Sequence record: PV764601.1
Strand: one strand, 5' to 3'
DNA: 64,000 nucleotides
Both the position numbers and the translations under genes were made by a program. The stretch's first letter is position 1, and each line of letters begins with the position of its first letter. This document shows positions 45,660 through 54,572 of this stretch, one piece after another. A model generated the notes under the pieces. The model saw nothing but the letters and a program-made list of their open reading frames with translations, made no database searches and was not told the origin of the DNA.

Positions 45660-45977
45660 ATGTCCATTCAGCAGTGCGATGATGCGTCCGCCATTGATGA
45701 AGAGTCTGCACAGGTTCTTCGGAGGATGATTGTCGAGATTGTTTCGATCAAGCAAGGATGCAAGGCGATGGAACTCATTCCAGAGCTAATGTCACGCTTG
45801 CACACTGCGGGCGTTACGGTACGCTTTAGCACCCACGGAATTTGCAACTTCATTGATGCGATGATTCACACCGGCGCACTCCGCGCTGTAGAGTACACCC
45901 TCCCTGCCGTGGATTACAGGATCAAGCGGTTCCTGATTCCGGGCGGGTCACACGTCGAAGTCTTACACTCCAAGTAG
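45660..45977 (+). CDS. Hypothetical protein
   Basis: A.R.VEYTLP..DYRIKRFL.P pattern; weak RBS. Confidence 0.5.
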   Translation: MSIQQCDDASAIDEESAQVLRRMIVEIVSIKQGCKAMELIPELMSRLHTAGVTVRFSTHGICNFIDAMIHTGALRAVEYTLPAVDYRIKRFLIPGGSHVEVLHSK

Positions 45978-45985
45978 AGGAACAC

Positions 45986-46288
45986 ATGAGCAAGACCAAA
46001 GGAAAGCGCGAAGAGAAGCCCGCCAAGACGTTCGCCCCTGAAAAGGTTCGCAACATCGGCATCTTCGCTGAGACTGACACCACGGAACTCCGCGTCACCA
46101 TCAACACGTTTGAGGACGGTCGCAGCTTGGTCGATACTCGCACGTGGTACAAGAAAAAGAACGACAAGGAATTCAATCCCGGCAAGGGCATGAGCATTCC
46201 CGTGGCGCAGCTGCCTGAGTACATCAAGATGCTCAAGAAGGCTGAGAAGCGTGCGATCAAGGCGGGCCTGCTGGAGACGGACAAGTGA
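45986..46288 (+). CDS. PC4/YdbC-like ssDNA-binding protein
   Basis: LRVTINTF..VDTRTWY...PGKGMSI matches the PC4 fold signature. Confidence 0.8.
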   Translation: MSKTKGKREEKPAKTFAPEKVRNIGIFAETDTTELRVTINTFEDGRSLVDTRTWYKKKNDKEFNPGKGMSIPVAQLPEYIKMLKKAEKRAIKAGLLETDK

Positions 46289-46620
46289 AGATTCCTTTCC
46301 TGTTCATCCGTCACATCTTCTGTCAGGGCTTTCCGGACGTAGTGCCGAATCGTGGGGAGGGTGAACGGGCTGAGCGTGTCATCTTCATCATCAAGCTCGC
46401 CCGCTGCACTGATGAGGTCATGTATAACGCATCGTGGATGGCTGACCCTATCATGGGTGCCAACACCCAGCACTATGGCAAAGGTGACTACGTTACGGTG
46501 CCGGGTGTGGACCTCTGTGAAGAAACGTTCGTGTTCGATTACGACGACTTTGAGGAAGCACGGTATCAGGCGTTGCGCAAGCTGCGTGAACTGTGGATTC
46601 AGGTGGAGGTTACTGAGTGA
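46285..46620 (+). CDS. Hypothetical protein
   Basis: GTGA overlap. Confidence 0.55.
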   Translation: MKIPFLFIRHIFCQGFPDVVPNRGEGERAERVIFIIKLARCTDEVMYNASWMADPIMGANTQHYGKGDYVTVPGVDLCEETFVFDYDDFEEARYQALRKLRELWIQVEVTE

Positions 46621-47171
46621 ACGACATTCCCTACATCGTGGTGTGTGACACCAACAAGAGCGTTGAGATTGAAGGCTTCTCGGTCAATCTTCCGTACAAG
46701 GGCTACCTGCCGTCCTACGTGACGATGGCCGTCTTTGAAAGTGATCCCTCTTTCATCCCGTGGAAGTCCGAGCAGCGAACCATCTACGCTGCGAAGGTCA
46801 AGTGCGCCGATGACCGTGTTCTCAAGTGCGTCGATCTTGCTTTCCTGATTGACCACGTTGGCGACATTAGCCGTCCGCTGGATCTCATCAACAAGTACCT
46901 GCGCCAGATTTTCGATTCTGCTGAATTCAAGGCTGCGCCCATCCACGCTGCCACTCGGGGCGTCTACTACGACTACCCCAAGATGGAGAACATCCAGTTG
47001 GTGCTTGCGCGCTTCTATCGCAACGCTGACTTTGAATGCCACGAGCATCCCGAACTCCTGATGGGCATGCCTATTGGCATGTACCACTGTCCTATCTGCA
47101 TGGAAATGCTGATGGCGGGATGCAGGCACCTTACCGCTGCGGAAATGGCAGCGGTGCACGAAGGAGCATAA
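46617..47171 (+). CDS. Hypothetical protein with C-terminal Zn-ribbon
   Basis: PIGMYHCPIC.EM..AG..H motif. Confidence 0.65.
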   Translation: MNDIPYIVVCDTNKSVEIEGFSVNLPYKGYLPSYVTMAVFESDPSFIPWKSEQRTIYAAKVKCADDRVLKCVDLAFLIDHVGDISRPLDLINKYLRQIFDSAEFKAAPIHAATRGVYYDYPKMENIQLVLARFYRNADFECHEHPELLMGMPIGMYHCPICMEMLMAGCRHLTAAEMAAVHEGA

Positions 47172-47211
47172 CGCTCCGCACCATCCACCGACACAACTAT
47201 GGAGAATCCTA

Positions 47212-47652
47212 ATGTCGGCTTACAATGAAACCATCACCATTGCTTTCAACCCGCTGATCGTCAACGTTGACGATGCCACTGCTGTCGCTGGCCATCTGGA
47301 AGATGCCCTGCGTGCTCAGGGTTCGGGCGGTAGCGTTGTTGTTTCTGCTACCCCGGCTGGTTACCAGCGTGGTTACATGTTCGACCTGTCGGGTGTTGTT
47401 ACCTACCCGCAGTTCGGCAACACTGGCAGCAATCACACCATCCACCTGAACGCTCACATCGAAACCCCGGATGCGGTTGCTGATATGGGCCTCCAGCAGC
47501 TGCTGGCCGAGCGCAGCAATCAGCTGGTGCTGGCGTACCGCAACGCTGTGCGCAGCATTGCCAACGACACTGCCAACATGGCCACCATTGACGGGGCCGA
47601 TATGCACGCGCACATCGACACCATCATGAACGCTTTCCCGAACACCAACTGA
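47212..47652 (+). CDS. Hypothetical protein
   Basis: GGAG RBS; strongly biased codons. Confidence 0.7.
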   Translation: MSAYNETITIAFNPLIVNVDDATAVAGHLEDALRAQGSGGSVVVSATPAGYQRGYMFDLSGVVTYPQFGNTGSNHTIHLNAHIETPDAVADMGLQQLLAERSNQLVLAYRNAVRSIANDTANMATIDGADMHAHIDTIMNAFPNTN

Positions 47653-47660
47653 GGAACAGC

Positions 47661-47762
47661 ATGAGCAAGAGCTACTGGTACTGGATTCGTGATACCCGAT
47701 CGTTAACTACAACGAGAGGGCATCACCATGAGTCGCACCATCCGTCGTCGAAACCACTATGA
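47661..47762 (+). CDS. Possible 33-aa peptide (MSKSYWYWIRD...)
   Basis: Good GAGGA RBS; overlaps the start of the next gene; not in the ORF track. Confidence 0.3.
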   Translation: MSKSYWYWIRDTRSLTTTRGHHHESHHPSSKPL

Positions 47763-48108
47763 CCTGAACTGGCACGTTCACGACAATTTCAACCCCGGGC
47801 GTCAATACAAGTCTGAGTATTGGACTGGTGAAGAACTTGTACTGAACCACTGTCAGCGAGTCTATGGTCACACCGACATTGAGAAAGCCCACAAGGCCGC
47901 TATCGCGTACTTCCATTCGGATGGTTATCGCTCCTATCTGATGGGAAGTGTTCCGCGAAGCTACCGTAACATCGCAGAGCACAAGCTGCGCGCTGCCACC
48001 CGTCGATGCACTGACAAGATTCGCAAGCTCGCGGACCTTGACGACGTTGGCGACGTGGAGCGTCCTAGCAAGCGCATCCTGAGTTGGGCTGATCGCTGGT
48101 ACTGGTAA
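47728..48108 (+). CDS. Basic protein with Arg-rich N-terminus
   Basis: MSRTIRRRNH..AYFHSDGY..VPRSYRN pattern. Confidence 0.65.
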   Translation: MSRTIRRRNHYDLNWHVHDNFNPGRQYKSEYWTGEELVLNHCQRVYGHTDIEKAHKAAIAYFHSDGYRSYLMGSVPRSYRNIAEHKLRAATRRCTDKIRKLADLDDVGDVERPSKRILSWADRWYW

Positions 48109-48114
48109 CTATTC

Positions 48115-48139
48115 GTGGGGAGGTTTCCCTCCCCACTTT
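48115..48139 (+). terminator. Terminator hairpin
   Basis: gtggggagg-tttc-cctccccac followed by TTT. Confidence 0.65.
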
Positions 48140-48165
48140 GGAAAGACAAACAACGAGGATAAGGA

Positions 48166-49116
48166 ATGAAAGGTCCGCGCAAAACAATCAACATGAAGCT
48201 GCATCACCTGTACGATTTCAGCGAGCTATACCAAGCTATCTACAATCGGAATGAAGGCTACAAGATGCAGGAGGCAAACGCCTTCGCGCACATTGCATTC
48301 CAAATGCACCCGCGCGCCACCTCCTTGCTGGAACTTCTCTCTGGCGCACACAGCAAGCATGCCGATTACTTCAAGAAAGCATGGCCTGCGCAGGGCCTCA
48401 AGTATTCGGGTACTGATGGCACTTTGTCCGCAGGCAACCCCAGTATCATCCAAGTGCGCGACATTACGCAGCACATTTTCAAACAGCAGTGGGACATTGT
48501 GACCGCCCACTACTACTCGCCGAGTTCCGTATGTGATATGGACAAGGGAGGCATCGTCACTCGCGCTGGCGTACAAGGCTTCATCAACGCGGCGTTCTCG
48601 GCCACCAAGAAAGGTGGTATCTTCATCATGGATTTCTGCTCGGATGGCTACGCCACCGCAATCTCCCCTGATGAGCGCATGAGCGGTAAGCCTTCCACCC
48701 AAGAATTCCATGTGGACTGCTATACTCCGCTGTACCGATGGCTGGTCAGCAAGAACCTCGCCAGCAACACTCGGTACTCTAGTGTGGTCGTAGTTGCACG
48801 CGTTACCTCGTACTACGATCGGACCACCTCCAACAACGTTGACGAATTCAGCAGCATTTCCATCAAGGTTGATGGGCGTGTGGTTGTATCCGTCAAGATC
48901 AAGAACCCCTTCTGTCAGCGCTACTTCTCTGAGCCAGAGTTGACGGACATGATGCACGATGCAGGCTTCGCACAGGTCGATGCGTGGCACTGCGACTATG
49001 ATGCCAACGATTTCGAGAATCTCGATCCCGTGCTCACATGGGACGCAGACGAAACGGACGATGAGGATTTGCTCGAAAGCATCAAGGCCAACGTACTCGT
49101 AGGTATCCGCAAATGA
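48166..49116 (+). CDS. Class I SAM-dependent methyltransferase
   Basis: SLLELLSG motif I, WDIVTAHY, KGGIFIMD and RYFSEPEL.DMM..AGF motifs. Confidence 0.8.
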   Translation: MKGPRKTINMKLHHLYDFSELYQAIYNRNEGYKMQEANAFAHIAFQMHPRATSLLELLSGAHSKHADYFKKAWPAQGLKYSGTDGTLSAGNPSIIQVRDITQHIFKQQWDIVTAHYYSPSSVCDMDKGGIVTRAGVQGFINAAFSATKKGGIFIMDFCSDGYATAISPDERMSGKPSTQEFHVDCYTPLYRWLVSKNLASNTRYSSVVVVARVTSYYDRTTSNNVDEFSSISIKVDGRVVVSVKIKNPFCQRYFSEPELTDMMHDAGFAQVDAWHCDYDANDFENLDPVLTWDADETDDEDLLESIKANVLVGIRK

Positions 49117-49286
49117 GTGAAGGCCCTCAGTCCCACCTGTTTGACAGGAACATGGGAACTCCACGTCGCATCAAGGCGGTTGAGAAGTTGATTGAACTCG
49201 GCTACCTGTGGCACAACGGCGAGTGGATCACCCGCCAACAATTCTACGAATCCCAACATGAAACTACAGGTGCAGATACCCCATGA
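49113..49286 (+). CDS. Hypothetical small protein (57 aa)
   Basis: ATGA overlap; my translation MSEGPQSHLFDRN...; not in the ORF track. Confidence 0.45.
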   Translation: MSEGPQSHLFDRNMGTPRRIKAVEKLIELGYLWHNGEWITRQQFYESQHETTGADTP

Positions 49287-49605
49287 CCATCCCGACTACT
49301 CCATCTGGCTCCTCGCTAGAGCAACCGAAGAAGGCGTCTGTAGGGCTCTATCCTTGGCAGAGAGCGGCGGTGGAACGGATGTGCTCGGAGAGTTCGATGA
49401 CCTCGATTCTGAGCATGCCGACGAAGGGGACGACCTCACGCCAGCCGAGCAATCCACTCGACGATGGCGCGCAATAGCCAACACCCTTGAACAGAAGTTC
49501 AAGACTAAGCACGGCTGTCACTACACGGAAATGATTACTCGCCTGTGCGACAAGTGGGGAATGGAAGCTCCCTATCGCTATCTCGGATTTGTAGGCATCA
49601 AGTGA
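49258..49605 (+). CDS. Hypothetical protein
   Basis: Start MKLQVQIPHD; overlaps neighbours. Confidence 0.5.
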   Translation: MKLQVQIPHDHPDYSIWLLARATEEGVCRALSLAESGGGTDVLGEFDDLDSEHADEGDDLTPAEQSTRRWRAIANTLEQKFKTKHGCHYTEMITRLCDKWGMEAPYRYLGFVGIK

Positions 49606-49916
49606 AGAAGCTCTTTGACGTTCCTTCGGGACCAAGGGTATACAACAAGCGACGGGGAAACGCACCCGAAGGTGCTGTCTACATAGGTAGGCCGTCTGAG
49701 TGGGGCAATCCCTTCGGCAGTAAAGATGGCACACAAGCTAAGTTCCGTGTGTCCTCGCGTCATGAGGCGATTCAGGCATTCAAGGAATGGGTGCTCGCTG
49801 ATCCGAACATGGTGCGCAAAATCAAGCAGCGATTGAAAGGCAAGGACTTGGTATGCTGGTGCGCACCTGCTCCTTGCCACGGTCACGTATTACTCAAGAT
49901 AGCCAACGAGGACTAA
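49602..49916 (+). CDS. DUF4326-domain protein
   Basis: VYIGRPSEWGNPF..LKGKDLVCWCAPAPCHGHVL signature. Confidence 0.9.
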   Translation: MKKLFDVPSGPRVYNKRRGNAPEGAVYIGRPSEWGNPFGSKDGTQAKFRVSSRHEAIQAFKEWVLADPNMVRKIKQRLKGKDLVCWCAPAPCHGHVLLKIANED

Positions 49917-49917
49917 G

Positions 49918-50223
49918 ATGGAAGTGCCATTGTTTGACGTAGAGAATAAAGGCGCGTCTACGGATCGCGTCAAAGAAAAGCTCCAGTCTATGGGTGTGGC
50001 ACGCTTCCACGCCACGGCAGTGCATGGCGCTGATCCTGTAAAGGTAGAGCGTGAACTGCTAATGTCGTTTGATCGCATGGAGCATCGTGCGGTTTATCGG
50101 CATTTGAGCAAGCACGATCCACTGGTCCATCGTCTGTGGTGGCCTGTGGTTGATTTCTTCCGAAATCTCAAGTACGACCTTTTCCGTCGCCGCAAGTTCC
50201 TGAGAACTCTGGACCAGCAATGA
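49918..50223 (+). CDS. Hypothetical protein
   Basis: Co-oriented, tightly packed. Confidence 0.55.
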   Translation: MEVPLFDVENKGASTDRVKEKLQSMGVARFHATAVHGADPVKVERELLMSFDRMEHRAVYRHLSKHDPLVHRLWWPVVDFFRNLKYDLFRRRKFLRTLDQQ

Positions 50224-50519
50224 AGAAGCAATCGGGCTTTACTCTGATCGAACTCATCATCGTAGTCGCAGTGATCGCCCTCTTGGCGATCTTCTTCCTA
50301 GGAGGTCCGCTGAAAACGCGAGCCTTCGGGCAGGGCAAGATGGTGGAGGCTCTGCACGCGCAGGGCTACACTGACGTTGAATACCTCGGTTATTCATGGC
50401 TAGGTTGCTCTGATGGCGACACCTTCCGCGCCAAGTTCCGCGCTACGTCCCCTCAAGGTGCCAAGGTAGAAGGCATAGCGTGTTCCGGTTTCATCAAAGG
50501 CACCACAATCCGCTGGTAA
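50220..50519 (+). CDS. Prepilin-type N-terminal cleavage/methylation protein (type IV pilin-like)
   Basis: MKKQSG|FTLIELIIVVAVIALLA class III signal with Glu5; two C-terminal Cys. Confidence 0.9.
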   Translation: MKKQSGFTLIELIIVVAVIALLAIFFLGGPLKTRAFGQGKMVEALHAQGYTDVEYLGYSWLGCSDGDTFRAKFRATSPQGAKVEGIACSGFIKGTTIRW

Positions 50520-50550
50520 CAGCTACTAACCACAAGGAAACGTTTCATCT

Positions 50551-52017
50551 ATGGGAATCATCGTCATCGGTATCGCAGTGCTCGTCATCCTTGCACTGCT
50601 TGCGATCATTTGCCTTTGGGCATTCGGTCGCCGCACTGTTGTCCCCACCAACGAAGTACACATTGTCCAGCAAGCCAAGGCTACCGTCAGCTACGGCAAG
50701 GACAAGGATGCAGGTAACGTCTATTACAAGTGGCCGGAATGGTTCCCGCGCATCGGTATGACTCGCCGCATCCTGCCGACTACCATGTTCAGCGTTCGCC
50801 TGAACGACTACGAGGCATACGATAAGGATCGGACTCCGTTCCGCATCGAAGTGGAAGCCTTCTTCCAGATCGCTGATTCGGACGTGGCGGCACAGAGCGT
50901 TGAGAACTTTGAGGAACTGACCTCCCAGCTGGAATCCATTGTCAAGGGTGCAGCGCGTTCGATGCTGGCGACCTACGACATTAACGAAATCATGACCGAG
51001 CGCAGCACGTTCGGTAAGGCTTTCACTGAGGACGTGCAACAGCAGCTTCCGGCGTGGGGTGTCAAGAGCGTCAAGTCCATCGAGTTGATGGATATTAAGG
51101 ACGCGCCGGGTCAGGAAGTCATTGCCAACATCATGGCAAAGAAGATTTCTCAGATCGAATCCGAAAGCCGTACTGAGGTCGCACGCAACCTGCGCACTGC
51201 TTCGCTGGTGGAAATCGAAGCCCAGCAGGAAGTGGAAATGCGTCGTCAGGAATCGGAAGAGACGATTGGTAAGCGCACCGCTGAGAAGGAAAAGACTGTT
51301 GGTATCGCTCGGGAGCGCACCCAGCAGGAAGTCTCGCAGGAAGCTGCGATCACCAAGACCCGCGAAATGGAAGTACGCAAGGTTGAGGAAGTGCGTGGCG
51401 CTGACATTCGCCGTGAAGTGAGTGTGGTCAAGGCAGAGGAAGATCGTCAGACCTCGGTCATCAACGCCGAAGCACAGCAGAAGACGGCCCTGATCGCCGC
51501 AACTGCGCAGAAGGAGTCGCAGGTTATTCGGGCAGAAGGTAACAAGCGTCAGATCGAGCTTGAGGCCGATGCAGCACTGACTCAGGCGCAGCGTGAGGCT
51601 GAGGGTATTCAGGCCCGAGGTGAAGCTGAGGCGGCGGCCGAGACTGCACGCTTGCGTGCCCCGGTCACCACTCAGATCGAACTGGCCAAGGAAATCGGTG
51701 AGAACCAAGGCTATCAGACGTACCTCCTGAGCGTGGAAAGCATCAACGCCACCAAGGAAGTCGGTATCGCTCAGGCCAAGGCTCTGGAAGGCGCAAGCGT
51801 CAAGGTCATCGCCAACACTGGAACCCCGACCGAAGGCATCAACAAGGTCTCCGGTCTGTTCGGCGCTGCGGGTGGCCTGAACATGGGCGCGATGGTTGAA
51901 AGCTTTGCCAACACCCCAGCGGGTGCTGCTGTCCTGAACCGTCTCGGTGTCAAGACGGAGGACGACACTACCCCGCCGTCCTCAAAGTCTCCGGATATTA
52001 TCCCTGACGAATACTAA
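50551..52017 (+). CDS. SPFH/flotillin-family membrane scaffold protein
   Basis: N-terminal TM, band-7 domain, AEA-rich flotillin coiled-coil. Confidence 0.9.
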   Translation: MGIIVIGIAVLVILALLAIICLWAFGRRTVVPTNEVHIVQQAKATVSYGKDKDAGNVYYKWPEWFPRIGMTRRILPTTMFSVRLNDYEAYDKDRTPFRIEVEAFFQIADSDVAAQSVENFEELTSQLESIVKGAARSMLATYDINEIMTERSTFGKAFTEDVQQQLPAWGVKSVKSIELMDIKDAPGQEVIANIMAKKISQIESESRTEVARNLRTASLVEIEAQQEVEMRRQESEETIGKRTAEKEKTVGIARERTQQEVSQEAAITKTREMEVRKVEEVRGADIRREVSVVKAEEDRQTSVINAEAQQKTALIAATAQKESQVIRAEGNKRQIELEADAALTQAQREAEGIQARGEAEAAAETARLRAPVTTQIELAKEIGENQGYQTYLLSVESINATKEVGIAQAKALEGASVKVIANTGTPTEGINKVSGLFGAAGGLNMGAMVESFANTPAGAAVLNRLGVKTEDDTTPPSSKSPDIIPDEY

Positions 52018-52057
52018 GTAACCCATAGGGCGCAGCAATGCGCCCTCACCATTCGGA

Positions 52058-52666
52058 GTGTTTGTGTCGTCCCCTACCTCGACCAAGAAAGTATTTAACG
52101 GGGTTGAAGCAACGTGCCTCAACTGTGAGAAGGCTACAGTGGATTGTTCTCCGATCCCTGCAAACGGAATCATGGAATGGAGTTGCCCTGTGTGTGGCCA
52201 TGACTACACCTTGCGTCTCTCCAACAACAAGGCGCAAATCGTAGCAACCGGAATACAGCGGATCAATGTGTTGGTCATGTTCAAGATCGACCGTGGCTCC
52301 GAAGACCCCATGTATATCGTCACTCGAAATCAGCTGGCTGCACGCACTGGCCATGAGCGCGACGAAATGCTGGAAGAGATTCGCAAGCTGCATTCCCTCC
52401 ACTACGGCCCCGAGAGTTGTATCAGTCAGGCCGCTGGCTTGGTAACGCTGGTCGGGGACGACACTCATCCGCACCACCTGTTTACCTACGTTGATTCCAT
52501 CATCGAGCCTACCCGAGAAGAGTATGCTGCGCTAATGGGCATGACGCAGGAAGACATGGACGAGATTGATCCAGAATACTTTGACCCATTCATTCTGGAT
52601 GGCCCTGTTCTACGCCGCCTATTCAAGCTAGACGGTAACACCACAAGCAAGAAGCATCTACACTAA
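52058..52666 (+). CDS. Zn-ribbon-containing hypothetical protein
   Basis: CLNC...CPVC; start uncertain. Confidence 0.55.
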   Translation: MFVSSPTSTKKVFNGVEATCLNCEKATVDCSPIPANGIMEWSCPVCGHDYTLRLSNNKAQIVATGIQRINVLVMFKIDRGSEDPMYIVTRNQLAARTGHERDEMLEEIRKLHSLHYGPESCISQAAGLVTLVGDDTHPHHLFTYVDSIIEPTREEYAALMGMTQEDMDEIDPEYFDPFILDGPVLRRLFKLDGNTTSKKHLH

Positions 52667-52676
52667 AGGAGTAAGC

Positions 52677-52952
52677 GTGAATCTGTATCCGTTCAAGTTC
52701 AAGTTGGGTGACGAGGTTGAAGTGATTACGACCCCGGTGCCTGCGTGTCTTCGTGAGGGCTGGGAGGAAGGCGCAGAGTCGATGATTTCCACCCGGAGCG
52801 GAAAAGTGGTGGCGCTGGAACTGTCGGCCAAGGGCACGACCGCAAGCATTGAATCCAACAAGAACGGGGAGCGCAAGCTCTTCCGCGAATTGGAAGGCAA
52901 CCTGCGCCCCAAGGGTTCGGGCCGACGCCTTGTGTTCGCGGGTCGTTCCTGA
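52677..52952 (+). CDS. Hypothetical protein
   Basis: AAGGAG RBS, GTG start; FKLGDEVEV SH3-like start. Confidence 0.6.
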   Translation: MNLYPFKFKLGDEVEVITTPVPACLREGWEEGAESMISTRSGKVVALELSAKGTTASIESNKNGERKLFRELEGNLRPKGSGRRLVFAGRS

Positions 52953-52961
52953 GAACACACG

Positions 52962-52990
52962 AAAGGGGTGGCCTAACGGCTGCCCCTTTT
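52962..52990 (+). terminator. Rho-independent terminator upstream of the modification operon
   Basis: aaaggggtggcc-taac-ggctgcccc followed by TTTT. Confidence 0.8.
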
Positions 52991-53038
52991 GCGTTTCCCG
53001 ATCCTGTAAATATAGACTGTATCCTCAAGGAGATTCCA

Positions 53039-53761
53039 ATGTCGGAACAAACTGTGATTGTGTTCAAGCCTGCCCACCTAGTCTATGCAGCTATTGAGGC
53101 TGGCCTCGGACCGATGCACTACATGCAGGCCCTCGTAAAGATTGAGCCCATGCTGAAAAGTATCGGTGTGGAAATCAAGATGGAGGAGGTGGACGGCGGT
53201 GCACAGGGAGACCGTGAGGTCAATCAACTTGTAGACGCCATCAATGAGTACAAGGCAGATCAGCTGGCTAGGGCCGAGGCTGCCAAGGTTCCCTTTACCT
53301 GCGAGGAAATCTACGCCATCGAAAACTTCGATAAGGTTGAGCCGGCCATTTACGCTCTGCGTGGCTTCTACTTCAACCATCTAAAGGGTGGCCTAGACGT
53401 AGAACTCAGCGACTTCGATATGGAGGCGCTTCACAAAGACACCGAGATTGAAGTGCGCGTCATCAAGGAATTCTTCTTCGATCCGCGCCGCTTCTGGAGG
53501 CTGGCTTCCGTGTGGTTCAAGGGCGAGCCTGTCATGGTCATTCAGAACGCCGGGCGCGAAGGTGACGACCACGCCAAGCGGTTCATCACGAATCGGGAAG
53601 CATTCGATGCTCTCTGCAAGCACCTGAACAGTTTCATTCAGCGCACGCCTTGGGACTCTGCTTCCATCGAAACAGACACCGTTGACGAAACTGCACACCT
53701 CGGTATGACCCTCACTGAATTCTATGGAAATGAACTGAATGGACACTTCGAGCGATACTAA
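53039..53761 (+). CDS. Hypothetical phage protein
   Basis: AAGGAG RBS; WRLASVWFKGEPVMVIQNAGREGDDH motif. Confidence 0.7.
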   Translation: MSEQTVIVFKPAHLVYAAIEAGLGPMHYMQALVKIEPMLKSIGVEIKMEEVDGGAQGDREVNQLVDAINEYKADQLARAEAAKVPFTCEEIYAIENFDKVEPAIYALRGFYFNHLKGGLDVELSDFDMEALHKDTEIEVRVIKEFFFDPRRFWRLASVWFKGEPVMVIQNAGREGDDHAKRFITNREAFDALCKHLNSFIQRTPWDSASIETDTVDETAHLGMTLTEFYGNELNGHFERY

Positions 53762-54572
53762 GATTCCGTTCAAGCTGTACGACTTGAACGACGTTCGCCA
53801 CATCAATGCGGAGCACTTCCCGCTGGATGATGACGACTACTGCTGGACAGTAGAAATGACGCCGCACCTTCTGTACGGTTTGGCCGACAGGGCACAGGCG
53901 CACCCTATGGGGTTCGTTGGCACGGAGGACGAACCCGAATGGATTTGGGAAGTCAGCGGTCGCCGCGCCGTGCTGCCTGTTGGTGGCCTGCACGTTTCCA
54001 AGACTACCGAGCAGTTCATTCGCAAGCAGGGTTGGGGCTACCAACTGAACGTCGGCTTCGACAAGGTGATCCACCACTGCGCTACGATTGAGCGCCCGGA
54101 AGACAAGGAAGAAGATGCAGACGAATACACGCAATGGCTCGACACTCCTACCCAGCGTTCGTACAAGGCCCTGCACTATGGCAAGGAGCGCAAGGCATAC
54201 TCGGTCACCGTGCTTAATACACAAGGCGAAATCGTAGGCGGTCTGTTCGGTCTGAACTTCCCCACCTACATTAGCGTCGATAGCATGTTCTCCCTAACTC
54301 CGAACGCATCCAAGGCTGCAATGGTTGCGCTGGACTTGTGGGCCGGTCAGGCTGGTAAGCGCCTTGTCGATATGGAAACGTTTGCCCCACACCTCGGTGC
54401 CCTTGGCGCTATGGATATGGATGGCCTGCACTTCCGCGATTGGGTTGAGCGCATCAAGAAGGACGCCGCTGCGAATGCCTCTGGGTTCAACCTCCCTTTG
54501 TTTGATGGCATTCAGGCCCTTGACGCCACGCAAGTATTCAACCACGCACGTTACCTGAGAACGAAGAAATGA
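53739..54572 (+). CDS. aat: Leucyl/phenylalanyl-tRNA-protein transferase homolog
   Basis: RRAVL..LHVSK, FDKVIHHCA, EIVGGLFG, SMFS..NASKAA, LVD..HL.ALGA align with the Aat motifs. Confidence 0.9.
   Translation: MDTSSDTKIPFKLYDLNDVRHINAEHFPLDDDDYCWTVEMTPHLLYGLADRAQAHPMGFVGTEDEPEWIWEVSGRRAVLPVGGLHVSKTTEQFIRKQGWGYQLNVGFDKVIHHCATIERPEDKEEDADEYTQWLDTPTQRSYKALHYGKERKAYSVTVLNTQGEIVGGLFGLNFPTYISVDSMFSLTPNASKAAMVALDLWAGQAGKRLVDMETFAPHLGALGAMDMDGLHFRDWVERIKKDAAANASGFNLPLFDGIQALDATQVFNHARYLRTKK

Noticed and set aside
48166-49116. DNA methyltransferase
   Set aside because: No DPPY/NPPY/SPPY or PCQ catalytic motif seen.
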